Shown: positions 41,346 through 49,625 of the stretch, piece after piece
Layout: each line of letters begins with the position of its first letter
How positions within the stretch are numbered: position 1 is the first letter of the stretch
Made by a program: the position numbers and the translations under genes
DNA from: an uncultured Clostridia bacterium
Lineage (GTDB): Bacteria; Bacillota; Clostridia; Christensenellales; UBA3700
Length of the DNA: 64,000 nt
Assembly (NCBI GenBank): GCA_945872615.1
Contig: CAMBZZ010000004.1
Location: forward strand, 80,814 to 144,813
Reading direction: 5' to 3'
Notes under the pieces: generated by a model
What the model was told of the DNA's origin: nothing
What the model saw: only the letters and a program-made list of their open reading frames with translations
Database searches by the model: none

Positions 41346-42589
41346 CGTATTGTTCCTCCTACCTTGCCGAAAACCTCCCAAAAATCGGGGTATGATTTTG
41401 CAACGCATCGTCTATCGTCTATTATTATCTCGCCTCTTGCTCTCGTCGACGCTATGGCTATACTCATTGCCATTCTGTGGTCGCCGTAGGTGCTAACCGA
41501 GCCACCGCTAAAACTATCCACGCCCTCGAAGATAAGACTGTTTTCCGTTTTGCTAACCTTGGCGCCGAGTGTGCTCAACACCTCGTAAGTTGCCGATAGT
41601 CTGTCGCACTCTTTGATTTTTAGTCTCTCGAGGTTGACTATCTCCGTCTTACCTTTACGCAAGGCGCAACCTACCGCAAGCACGGGTATTATATCGGGAC
41701 AGTCCTTGCCGTCTATCGTAATTTTTTCTTTTTCGCTAGTATTTTTTAGCCTCTCGCACAAGTCGAAAACTACCTTGTCGCCTTGTAGGCTATCGGGGTC
41801 TAGACCCTCTATATCAACGCTGTTGCCTATCAAGTTGGCAACGGCAAAAAAGGCGCTTTGAGAATAATCTCCCTCTACCGCGTAGTCCCTTGCCGTGTAC
41901 CTTCTACCCCCATTGACTACCAATTTGCGATAATCGTAGTTGGCAACGTCGACGCCGAAGTCGCGCATTGCCTTGATAGTGAGGTCTACGTACCCAACCG
42001 ACTGCATTGGCGTGGTGATATTGATTACGCTGTCGCCCTCTAGTAGCGAAGTGGCAAATAGCAGTCCGCTGACAAACTGAGAACTCACGTCTCCGCTTAA
42101 ATAAAATTCTCCGCTCCTAAGTCTACCTTGCACGTGTAAATCCAGCAATCTCTCGTCGGTCAACGCGCTGTCGTCGCGATAGAATATGCCTTGCCCCTCG
42201 AATATATCGTAGAAAGCTTGCATAGGTCGCGTGCCAAGCTTGCCTCTACCAACGAAGCGTACCTTTTTGTCGGTAAGAGCTAAAGCTATCATAGTCAAAA
42301 ATCTGAGCGTCGAGCCCGATTCGTTACAATCTATCACGACCTCGTCGCCTATAATTTTGCTAGCGGATACGGGATATATAGTAAGACAATCGCCCTCTAT
42401 CTCGATAGTTGCCCCCAGAGCGCGCATCGCGCCTATAGTAGCGAGCACGTCCGCGCTGAATTGTACGTTGGAGATATGGCAAACGCCATCGGCTAACGCC
42501 GCGCAAATAATAGCTCTATGCGCCATACTCTTAGACGGCGGTATCTTGACCGTGCCGCTGAGGCGGGAAGGAATTATTACGCTACTCAT
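41342..42589 (-). CDS. aroA: 3-phosphoshikimate 1-carboxyvinyltransferase (EPSP synthase)
   Basis: 415 aa. PPSKSMAHRA, NESGSTLRFL and the length match AroA. Confidence 0.9.
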   Translation of the reverse strand: MSSVIIPSRLSGTVKIPPSKSMAHRAIICAALADGVCHISNVQFSADVLATIGAMRALGATIEIEGDCLTIYPVSASKIIGDEVVIDCNESGSTLRFLTMIALALTDKKVRFVGRGKLGTRPMQAFYDIFEGQGIFYRDDSALTDERLLDLHVQGRLRSGEFYLSGDVSSQFVSGLLFATSLLEGDSVINITTPMQSVGYVDLTIKAMRDFGVDVANYDYRKLVVNGGRRYTARDYAVEGDYSQSAFFAVANLIGNSVDIEGLDPDSLQGDKVVFDLCERLKNTSEKEKITIDGKDCPDIIPVLAVGCALRKGKTEIVNLERLKIKECDRLSATYEVLSTLGAKVSKTENSLIFEGVDSFSGGSVSTYGDHRMAMSIAIASTRARGEIIIDDRRCVAKSYPDFWEVFGKVGGTIR

Positions 42590-43632
42590 ACCTCAAAAAA
42601 CTCCTTATCGGTGCGATACAATACGCCCTTGCCTATCTCTCGTAGGATAACCACCACGAGGTCTTTGCCGAGATTCTTCTTGTCGTTGGATATATAACTT
42701 ACGACTTGGCTAGGGTCGGCAACGTCGGTGGTAGACAGACCGAAATTGGTGAGAACTCTGTCAATCTTCTCTCTAGTGCCTTGCTTGGTCAATCCCTTTG
42801 CCTCGCTGATAGCGGTGATATGGCTCATGCCTATTGCTACGGCTTGTCCGTGCGTCAAGGTGGAGAAATCGTAATACTTCTCTAATGCGTGTCCGTAAGT
42901 ATGTCCGAAGTTGAGGAGCATTCTCTCGCCGTTGTCCCTCTCGTCGCGAGAAACGACCCCCGCCTTGATGGCGCAACAACGCGCGATTATATCTTCGGCT
43001 TGCTCCATAAACTCCTCTCTGCTCTCGATAGCGGCTAGCCTGTCGAATAGCTTTTTGTCGAGAATGCAGCCGTATTTGATAATCTCAGCCATGCCGTCAA
43101 CGTAAAATTTGTCGGGCAAAGTGGATAGCAAAAGCGTGTCGATAAGCACGACCTTGGGTTGGTAAAAACTGCCGACGAGATTTTTGCCCTCGACCACGTC
43201 GACCGCTACCTTGCCACCCACCGAACTATCTACTTGCGCGAGCAAGGAAGTCGGTATCTGTACGAAATCGACGCCTCTAAGATAGGTGGACGCCACGAAG
43301 CCTGTAAGGTCTCCTACCACTCCTCCGCCTAGCGCAACCACTAGGTCGCTACGAGTGAGACCGAACTCTATCATCGCGCTGTACATAGGCATTACGCTAG
43401 ATATATTCTTGCTACTCTCGCCCGCCTTGACAACGTATAGTTTGCACCTATACCCTTGAGCGGTAAGAGAAGAAATCAGAGTATCGCAGTACAAAACCGA
43501 TACGTTGGAATCGCTGACGACAAACACCTTGCCACCCTTGCTGTGGATATACTCTCCCGCGCTTGCAAGCAAGCCCGATTGAATAATAACGTCGTAACCG
43601 TTGGTTGGTAAATTTACCGATACTTTTTGCAT
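42586..43632 (-). CDS. aroB: 3-dehydroquinate synthase
   Basis: 348 aa. ALGGGVVGDLTGFVA and FGHTYGHALE are typical. It is the first gene of the aro cluster. Confidence 0.9.
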   Translation of the reverse strand: MQKVSVNLPTNGYDVIIQSGLLASAGEYIHSKGGKVFVVSDSNVSVLYCDTLISSLTAQGYRCKLYVVKAGESSKNISSVMPMYSAMIEFGLTRSDLVVALGGGVVGDLTGFVASTYLRGVDFVQIPTSLLAQVDSSVGGKVAVDVVEGKNLVGSFYQPKVVLIDTLLLSTLPDKFYVDGMAEIIKYGCILDKKLFDRLAAIESREEFMEQAEDIIARCCAIKAGVVSRDERDNGERMLLNFGHTYGHALEKYYDFSTLTHGQAVAIGMSHITAISEAKGLTKQGTREKIDRVLTNFGLSTTDVADPSQVVSYISNDKKNLGKDLVVVILREIGKGVLYRTDKEFFEV

Positions 43633-43677
43633 TCGTTGTCTCCTTATAAAAGGCGTGCGATAGTATTATTTATATAT

Positions 43678-43706
43678 ACTATACCACCGACGGTGCCTAG
43701 TTGCAA
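43678..43706 (-). promoter_or_regulatory. Sigma-A-type promoter of the aro operon
   Basis: Minus strand reads TTGCAA (43706-43701), a 17-nt spacer, then TATAGT (43683-43678). Confidence 0.5.
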
Positions 43707-43714
43707 GCAAATAA

Positions 43715-43745
43715 TCAAAAAGACCGCAATTTGCGGACTTTTTTG
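43715..43745 (-). terminator. Hairpin terminator (bidirectional shape) about 320 nt downstream of the MATE gene
   Basis: aaaaagaCCGCAAtTTGCGGactttttt. Confidence 0.6.
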
Positions 43746-44062
43746 CATAAATAATATTATCGTGCGTATATGACTTTATTATTTCGGAATTATCTTCTAT
43801 TCGCCAAAATAAGATAGTCGTGCCGATATACTTGGCTATCGTATAATGACTGTCGGACAATATCTAGACAATGCTGAATAAACCTCAAAGCCCGAAACAA
43901 TGTGCAACGACGTCAATATTTGCCTCGATTTTATTATACCACGCGTGTCAATAAAAACGACAAAAGTAGGGACACCAAAACTTAAAATCGGCAAGCAAAT
44001 ATCCAACAATGCCGTATCGACATAATGCAAAGTGCTAATTAGTTAAGAAACTCTACTGCCCG

Positions 44063-45538
44063 TCAATCGAGTGCAGAAGTGTCGCCTGTCGGAGCGTCGT
44101 CCGTCTGCGATTCCTCGCTCTTGGCTACAGTCGTTGCGGCAGAATTGTCGGTAGAAACACCCTCTGCAAGAGCTATGCTCGCTTTGGCTGAAAACTTCTT
44201 TTTCATGACTATAGTGACGGCAATCAATCCGAACATACCGCCCATAAACCAACTCGAAGGTATGGCAAGATACAATCCGTCTAGTCCCATCAAGTGTTCG
44301 AAGAGGAAGCTGAAACCGACCCTACAAGTTATGGACACTAAAGTGACCGAGAAGAAGGTCTTGAGCATACCTATACCCTTGAAGAGCGCTTGCGATTGGA
44401 AGATGAGGAAGGTGAATATATATCCCACCGCCATATACTTGATAGCCGTCGAACCTACGTCTATTACTCCTACTGCATCGCCATTGACGAACATACCCGC
44501 AAGCGGACGAGCAAGGAAGAATCCCACTACGAAACTAATCAACGCATAAACCCACATAAAGAGCCAAGTGGCTTTGTAACCTTGTCGTATCCTCGGAATA
44601 TTGCCGTTGCCGTAATTTTGGGCACAATACGTGGTAAAGGCGTTGGTGTAGCCTCTGACAGGCGTCTGAATAATGGAGTCGACCTTGTAGCAAGCATTGA
44701 TGCCCGCAATGACCGAGGTGTCGTACTTGTTGACGACGCTTTGGATAAGCATTCTACCTACGTAAACGTAGACCTGCTGAATGGCAAAACTTATGCCATA
44801 ACTCAATACAGGTCGCACAAAACGCTTGTCGATGACTAGGTCTTTCGGTTTGAGCGACAGTAGTTTTATCTTGTTTTCGGTGTAGATTATACAGCTTGCT
44901 ACCGACACGGCTTGAGCGATAATGGTGGCAATTCCCGCGCCCTTGACGCCCATCTTGAATACCACTACGAAGAGTAAATCCAACGTGGCGTTGACGGCTA
45001 CCGAGATAAGCAAAAACACCAGTGGAAGCAACGACTTGCCTATGCTCCTCAGCGCGTAGCAATAGTAATTGTACAAGAAACAAAATATGCCGCCTGCAAA
45101 GATGATATAGAGATATTGAGCGGTGTCTTGCATCAATACTTCCGGCGTTGACAAAGCCTTTAGCAATGGATTGGTAAGACCGATAAACAGTGCCGACAAT
45201 ACCAACGTGATGATGCAACCGATTAGGAGCGCGGTAGAATTGATGCGTTTGATTTGGTCGTGCTCGCCCGCGCCGTAGTGTTGACTTATGACTACTCCCG
45301 CTCCCATGGCTAGACCCATAAGAAGGTAGGTCATTATGGACATAAAAGGAGAAGCAACGCCCAAGGCAGCCAAGGCGTTTTCGCCTATAAAGTTGCCGAC
45401 GATCATACTGTCCACGGCGTTGTACATCTGCTGACAAAAGTCGCCTATGATAAATGGTATAGAAAACCATAGCAGCCCCGTAAAAGGATTGCCCGAGAGA
45501 AGTATCTCTTGTTTTTTGCTAGCCGTTGCTCCCTTCAT
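44063..45538 (-). CDS. MATE-family efflux transporter with a hydrophilic C-terminal tail
   Basis: 491 aa with 12 predicted TM segments. The N-terminus PFIIGDFCQQMYNAVDSMIVGNFIG is MatE-like. Confidence 0.85.
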   Translation of the reverse strand: MKGATASKKQEILLSGNPFTGLLWFSIPFIIGDFCQQMYNAVDSMIVGNFIGENALAALGVASPFMSIMTYLLMGLAMGAGVVISQHYGAGEHDQIKRINSTALLIGCIITLVLSALFIGLTNPLLKALSTPEVLMQDTAQYLYIIFAGGIFCFLYNYYCYALRSIGKSLLPLVFLLISVAVNATLDLLFVVVFKMGVKGAGIATIIAQAVSVASCIIYTENKIKLLSLKPKDLVIDKRFVRPVLSYGISFAIQQVYVYVGRMLIQSVVNKYDTSVIAGINACYKVDSIIQTPVRGYTNAFTTYCAQNYGNGNIPRIRQGYKATWLFMWVYALISFVVGFFLARPLAGMFVNGDAVGVIDVGSTAIKYMAVGYIFTFLIFQSQALFKGIGMLKTFFSVTLVSITCRVGFSFLFEHLMGLDGLYLAIPSSWFMGGMFGLIAVTIVMKKKFSAKASIALAEGVSTDNSAATTVAKSEESQTDDAPTGDTSALD

Positions 45539-45546
45539 AATCCAAT

Positions 45547-45569
45547 ATAAAACGCCCTTGCGGGCGTCT
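45547..45569 (-). terminator. Rho-independent terminator of leuA
   Basis: Minus strand reads GACGCCC-gcaa-GGGCGT-TTTATATT. Confidence 0.7.
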
Positions 45570-45571
45570 TA

Positions 45572-47233
45572 TCAATCTTTTAGCATTCTGTTGATTGCGC
45601 TGACAAGCGCCGATACCGACGCCGCAATGATGTCGTTGTGGATACCTACGCCCCACACCTTGTTGCCGTCGCCGTACTGCAAGCATACGTAGGCTACGGC
45701 TTGCGACTTGGAAGTCGAAGTCAAAGCGTGCTCGTGATATTCGCTGATGATATAGTCCTTGCCTATGAGCGGTCTGATTGCGTTGTTGACCGCGTCGAGA
45801 CGACCGTTGCCGTCTGCTTGTACGTCTACGATTTTGCCTTGATACTCCGCCGTAACGGTAGAATGTATATCGCCCTTTTGAACAAAGTGATATTCGTAAA
45901 TCTTGAAAGGCTGAGCAATATTGACGTAGTTGCTCTCGAAAATCTCCAAAATTTCCGCAGGTTGCAATTCTTTGTGAGCGTGATCGGATACGCTCTTGAC
46001 TTCGTAGCCAAAGCCCTCTCTCATATTGGTAGGGAGATTGAAGCCGAATTGATGTTCCATAAGATAACCGATACCACCCTTGCCCGACTGCGAGTTGATA
46101 CGAATTACGTCGCCGTCGTACTCTCTGCCCACGTCCTTAGGGTCGATAGGCAAATAAGGTACGCTCCAATGGTCGAGGTGTTTGTCTTCTTTCCACTTCA
46201 TACCCTTGGCAATAGCGTCTTGGTGAGAACCCGAGAATGCGGCAAAGACCAGCGCTCCGCTGTATGGTTGGCGTTCGTAGACCTTCATATTGGTAACCTT
46301 TTCGTAAACTTCCACGATAGAAGGAATGTCGGAAAAGTCAAGTCCCGGGTCGATACCATGTGTGTACATGTTGAGCGCAAGCGTGATGATGTCGACGTTG
46401 CCCGTCCTCTCACCGTTGCCGAAAAGCGTGCCCTCGATCCGGTCTCCGCCCGCAAGTAAGCCGAGTTCGCTATCCGCAATGGCGCAACCTCTGTCGTTGT
46501 GTGGGTGAAGCGAGATGATGACGTTGTCTCGATTGTTGATATTTTTGGACATATACTCCACTTGAGAAGCGTACACGTGAGGCATACTCATCTCAACGGT
46601 AGCAGGAAGGTTGATGATCACCTTGTTGTCGGGCGTTGGTTGCCATATATCGATGACGGCGTTGCAAACCTCTAAGGCGTAGTCTATCTCGGTACCCGTA
46701 AAGCTCTCGGGAGAATACTCGAAATAGAATTTGCCCTCCGTCTGCTCTGCGTACTGCTTGCAAAGCTCGGCGCCGAATTTGGCAATGTCAATAATTTGCT
46801 CTTTGGACTTTTTGAAAACTTGTTCTCTCTGCGCTACCGAAGTGGAATTGTAGAGGTGTACGACAGCTTGTTTGCAACCTCTGAGCGCCTCGAAAGTCTT
46901 TTTGATAATATGCTCTCTAGACTGCGTGAGAACTTGTACCTTGACGTCGTCGGGTATGAGGTTTTGCTCGATAAGAGTACGCAAAAATTCGTATTCCGTC
47001 TCGCTTGCGGCAGGGAAACCAACTTCGATTTCTTTGAATCCGAGTCGACATAGCAGTTGGAAAAACTCCAACTTCTGTTGGAGACTCATAGGAACAATCA
47101 ACGCTTGATTGCCGTCTCTGAGGTCAACGCTACACCAAATAGGCGCGTGGTCGACGTATTCCTTGCTTGCCCAATCTCGGCAACAAGTAGGTGGCATAAA
47201 ATAACCTCTTGAATATTTGTCGCAATGTTGCAT
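45572..47233 (-). CDS. leuA: 2-isopropylmalate synthase, long (LeuA type 2) form
   Basis: WCSVDLRDGNQALIVPM, HPHNDRGCA, and a C-terminal LeuA dimer/regulatory domain. The ATG at 47233 lies 8 nt after AGGAGG. The track start at 47239 is TTG. Confidence 0.9.
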   Translation of the reverse strand: MQHCDKYSRGYFMPPTCCRDWASKEYVDHAPIWCSVDLRDGNQALIVPMSLQQKLEFFQLLCRLGFKEIEVGFPAASETEYEFLRTLIEQNLIPDDVKVQVLTQSREHIIKKTFEALRGCKQAVVHLYNSTSVAQREQVFKKSKEQIIDIAKFGAELCKQYAEQTEGKFYFEYSPESFTGTEIDYALEVCNAVIDIWQPTPDNKVIINLPATVEMSMPHVYASQVEYMSKNINNRDNVIISLHPHNDRGCAIADSELGLLAGGDRIEGTLFGNGERTGNVDIITLALNMYTHGIDPGLDFSDIPSIVEVYEKVTNMKVYERQPYSGALVFAAFSGSHQDAIAKGMKWKEDKHLDHWSVPYLPIDPKDVGREYDGDVIRINSQSGKGGIGYLMEHQFGFNLPTNMREGFGYEVKSVSDHAHKELQPAEILEIFESNYVNIAQPFKIYEYHFVQKGDIHSTVTAEYQGKIVDVQADGNGRLDAVNNAIRPLIGKDYIISEYHEHALTSTSKSQAVAYVCLQYGDGNKVWGVGIHNDIIAASVSALVSAINRMLKD

Positions 47234-47282
47234 ACACAAACCTCCTTGTTTTAGTAATATCGGCTAGAATAATCGTAGTAAT

Positions 47283-47515
47283 AAAAACGCTTCCGTCTCA
47301 ATCTTAGAGACGAAAGCTTCGCGGTACCACTCTAATTTGCGCTAGTCAAGCGCACACTCGATAGCTGTAACGGGCGTACCCGACCAAGCTTACTATATTG
47401 GGCTCGGTTGCTCCAAGACGAGTTCACACTTCGGCTTGATTGCCTTGCACCTAACGGCAATTCTCTGTTTCCCGCTTCTATGCTACTACTTCTTTTCTTA
47501 GCAAAATATTACGTT
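47283..47515 (-). promoter_or_regulatory. T-box leader (Leu specifier CUC) with a terminator
   Basis: Minus strand has AGAGA in stem I and a specifier loop GAA-CUC-G (CUC at 47422-47420). The T-box sequence AAATTAGAGTGGTACCGCG is at 47338-47320. The terminator is CGTCTC-taagatt-GAGACG followed by a T run. Confidence 0.85.
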
Positions 47516-47521
47516 GGTAAT

Positions 47522-47550
47522 ATAATATACCGAAAAAAAATAATTGTCAA
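47522..47550 (-). promoter_or_regulatory. Sigma-A promoter of the T-box-leuA transcript
   Basis: Minus strand reads TTGACA (47550-47545), a 17-nt spacer, then TATTAT (47527-47522). Confidence 0.6.
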
Positions 47551-47597
47551 CAAATAATGAGAACAATTATTATTTTGTCAGTAAGTAGGCGGAAAAG

Positions 47598-47775
47598 GAT
47601 GAGATTGCCACGTTCATTTCATTCACTTTGCTAACGCAAAATGCACGCAACGCAATGACATAAAGTTGTTGAGATTCCCACGCCTTATAAGTAAGGCTCG
47701 GAATGACAAAGAATAGCGTTGCCCCAGCTTGTAAACACACTCTTTACTGTCGCAAAACTTACGCAACGCAATGAC
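47598..47775 (-). repeat. Three copies (one partial) of the GTCATTGCG...GCAATCTCATC repeat family, in inverted orientation
   Basis: Copies at 47598-47659, 47671-47707, and a partial one ending in CGCAATGAC at 47767-47775. The first is about 80% identical to the reverse complement of 21939-22000. Confidence 0.8.
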
Positions 47776-47803
47776 AATACACTTTGACGATGAAGATGCA
47801 AAC

Positions 47804-47831
47804 AAAAAAAGGCAACCTTGACGATTGCCTT
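47804..47831 (-). terminator. Rho-independent terminator of trpB2
   Basis: Minus strand reads AAGGCAA-tcgtcaagg-TTGCCTT-TTTTTTG. Confidence 0.75.
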
Positions 47832-47883
47832 TGTGTTGGTTGTAAATCTCAATAATTGAAAATTGTCGTTGGACTTGATGAGA

Positions 47884-49266
47884 TTAGATTTCGTTTTGGG
47901 GAATTTTTGGTAGAGAGTCAAACCCTTTCTGCAAATCCTCATCGGTTGGAATATAGTCGCTCATGGTGCCGTCGAGGTAGGACGAATATGCGGTCATATC
48001 GAAGTAGCCGGTACCAGTCAAACCGAAGAGAATCTTCTTCTTCTCGCCCGTCTCTTTGCATTTGAGTGCTTCGTCGATGGCGACTTTGATTGCGTGAGAA
48101 GACTCAGGTGCAGGCAAGGTACCTTCGCACTTGGCAAAGAAGGTCGCTGCCTTGAATACTGCCGTTTGCTCTACGCTGGTGGCTCTTAAATAGCCGTCGT
48201 GATAGAGTTTGGATACGATAGGGCTCATGCCGTGGTATCTCAAACCGCCCGCATGGTTAGGCGATGGCATAAATCCGCTACCGAGGGTGTACATTCTGAG
48301 GAGCGGTGTGATTTTGCCCGTGTCGCCAAAGTCGTAGGCATATCTACCTCTGGTGAGCGAAGGACAAGACGAAGGCTCAACGGCAACGAAATCGATATTG
48401 TTTTTGCCCTCGATTTTGTCTGCCATGAACGGTGCGATAAGTCCGCCGAGATTGGATCCTCCACCCGCGCATCCGATGATAATATCGGGTTGAACGCCGA
48501 GTTTGTCCAAAGCCGCCTTGGCTTCCATACCTACGATTGATTGGTGCAAAAGTACGTGGTCAAGCACGCTACCGAGCACGTATCTGCAATTAGGCGTGGT
48601 GGTTGCGACTTCGATTGCTTCGCTGATAGCGCAACCCAAAGAGCCGCCCGTGGTCGGATTGTCGGCAAGAATCTTTCTTCCTACAGCCGTAGTATCGGAA
48701 GGTGATGCGACAACCTTGGCACCGTAAGTCTGGATAACTGCCTTACGATGTGGCTTTTGGTTGGCGGAACACTTAACCATAAATACACTTAGGTCAAGTC
48801 CGTAGAAACCGCAAGCCATCGACAAAGCGGTACCCCATTGTCCCGCACCCGTCTCGGTGGTGAGGTGGGTCAAGCCTTGCTTCTTAGCGTAATAGGTTTG
48901 GGCTACCGCGCTGTTGAGCTTGTGCGAGCCCGAAGTGTTTTGTCCCTCGAATTTGTAATAAATCTCAGCAGGGGTGCCGAGCGCTCTTTCGAGGTGATAA
49001 GCTCTAACGAGCGGAGAAGGTCTGTATAGCTTGAGGAACTCTTGAATCTCCTCGGGGATTGGGATAAGTCTATCGGTGGTATTGAGTTCTTGCGCTACCA
49101 ACTCGTCACAAAAAACGTGTTTGAGGTCTTCGGCGGTGCAAGGCTCGAGAGTGGCGGGATTGAGGAACGGGTCGTGTTGCTCCTTCATCACCGCTTTGAG
49201 GTTGAACCAATATTTCGGCATCTCCTCTTCGGTAAGATACGTCTTGTAAGGTATTTTCTTTTCCAT
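47884..49266 (-). CDS. trpB: TrpB-like PLP-dependent enzyme (tryptophan synthase beta chain type 2, TrpB2)
   Basis: MEKKIPYKTYLTEEEMPKYWFNL... is a TrpB2-type N-terminus. GSHKLNSA holds the PLP Lys, and GGGSNLGG is present. The ATG at 49266 follows the SD AGGAGA. The track start at 49377 lies inside the leader terminator. Confidence 0.85.
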   Translation of the reverse strand: MEKKIPYKTYLTEEEMPKYWFNLKAVMKEQHDPFLNPATLEPCTAEDLKHVFCDELVAQELNTTDRLIPIPEEIQEFLKLYRPSPLVRAYHLERALGTPAEIYYKFEGQNTSGSHKLNSAVAQTYYAKKQGLTHLTTETGAGQWGTALSMACGFYGLDLSVFMVKCSANQKPHRKAVIQTYGAKVVASPSDTTAVGRKILADNPTTGGSLGCAISEAIEVATTTPNCRYVLGSVLDHVLLHQSIVGMEAKAALDKLGVQPDIIIGCAGGGSNLGGLIAPFMADKIEGKNNIDFVAVEPSSCPSLTRGRYAYDFGDTGKITPLLRMYTLGSGFMPSPNHAGGLRYHGMSPIVSKLYHDGYLRATSVEQTAVFKAATFFAKCEGTLPAPESSHAIKVAIDEALKCKETGEKKKILFGLTGTGYFDMTAYSSYLDGTMSDYIPTDEDLQKGFDSLPKIPQNEI

Positions 49267-49353
49267 AATATTTCTCCTAAAATTGTTGATATGTATCGAG
49301 TTATCTTGGTGTAAGATAAAAAATTTGCTTGGTCTGTTGCTAAATTTGGGTAT

Positions 49354-49382
49354 AAAAAAATCGCTTGCAAAAATCAAACGAT
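49354..49382 (-). terminator. Intrinsic terminator (attenuator) within the trpB2 leader
   Basis: Minus strand reads ATCGTTTG-atttttg-CAAGCGAT-TTTTTTT, located 88 nt upstream of the trpB2 ATG. Confidence 0.7.
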
Positions 49383-49423
49383 ATAAAATGCGCTAAATGC
49401 GCCAACGCCTATTGTTGAACATA

Positions 49424-49479
49424 CTCTTCTCTCCTTGTCTATACTGGTCTAATCTATATCGACGGCTCTCTACGAGCTA
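49424..49479 (-). promoter_or_regulatory. Array of NAG triplets at 5-nt periodicity (TRAP-type RNA-binding site candidate)
   Basis: Minus strand reads UAG-au-UAG-ac-CAG-ua-UAG-ac-AAG-ga-GAG-aa-GAG (49456-49424). Three further triplets, UAG, UAG and GAG, lie at 49479-49466. Confidence 0.6.
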
Positions 49480-49491
49480 TCCGATACTTAG

Positions 49492-49520
49492 ATTATATGC
49501 CCGTAAAATCGCAATGTCAA
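49492..49520 (-). promoter_or_regulatory. Consensus sigma-A promoter of the trpB2 leader
   Basis: Minus strand reads TTGACA (49520-49515), a 17-nt spacer, then TATAAT (49497-49492). Confidence 0.7.
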
Positions 49521-49625
49521 CGATTTTTTTATTTTTCTAAAAAAATTTTTTGATTTAACTTTGGCTAAGATATGCAAAGCATAATAACGATCATCTGTCT
49601 TTGGCGGCACGTCTTGAGATATTAC

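Noticed and set aside
41346-41408. The N-terminal extensions suggested by the ORF track for aroC (41408), trpB2 (49377), yhbY (28565), the membrane protein (27023), the U32 gene (62472), the aminotransferase (56218), pheA (40076), spoIVA (52700) and tsaE (20909).
   Set aside because: The extensions overlap upstream genes, terminators or promoters, or start at TTG/GTG without an SD. Internal ATGs reproduce the canonical family N-termini and usually have an SD or an ATGA coupling.
43747-44062. About 320 bp of non-coding sequence between the MATE stop and its terminator, considered as a possible sRNA or degraded gene.
   Set aside because: I could recognise no promoter-terminator pair, conserved structure, repeat or credible ORF. 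The listed 64-aa and 69-aa ORFs have no SD and odd composition. I left it unannotated.
49393-49422. The mini-ORF MFNNRRWRI as a classical ribosome-mediated trp leader peptide.
   Set aside because: It has only one Trp codon, not tandem codons. Its apparent SD (AAGGAGAGAAGAG) and ATG are themselves part of the phased NAG-triplet array. I found no alternative pairing that links stalling at the Trp codon to the terminator. It is mentioned here because translation of it cannot be excluded.
49424-49479. A HutP-type or CsrA-type binding site instead of a TRAP-type site.
   Set aside because: HutP sites are UAG triplets spaced by 4 nt in two blocks of three. CsrA needs GGA in hairpin loops. The observed spacing of exactly 2 nt over seven triplets fits only the TRAP-type geometry.
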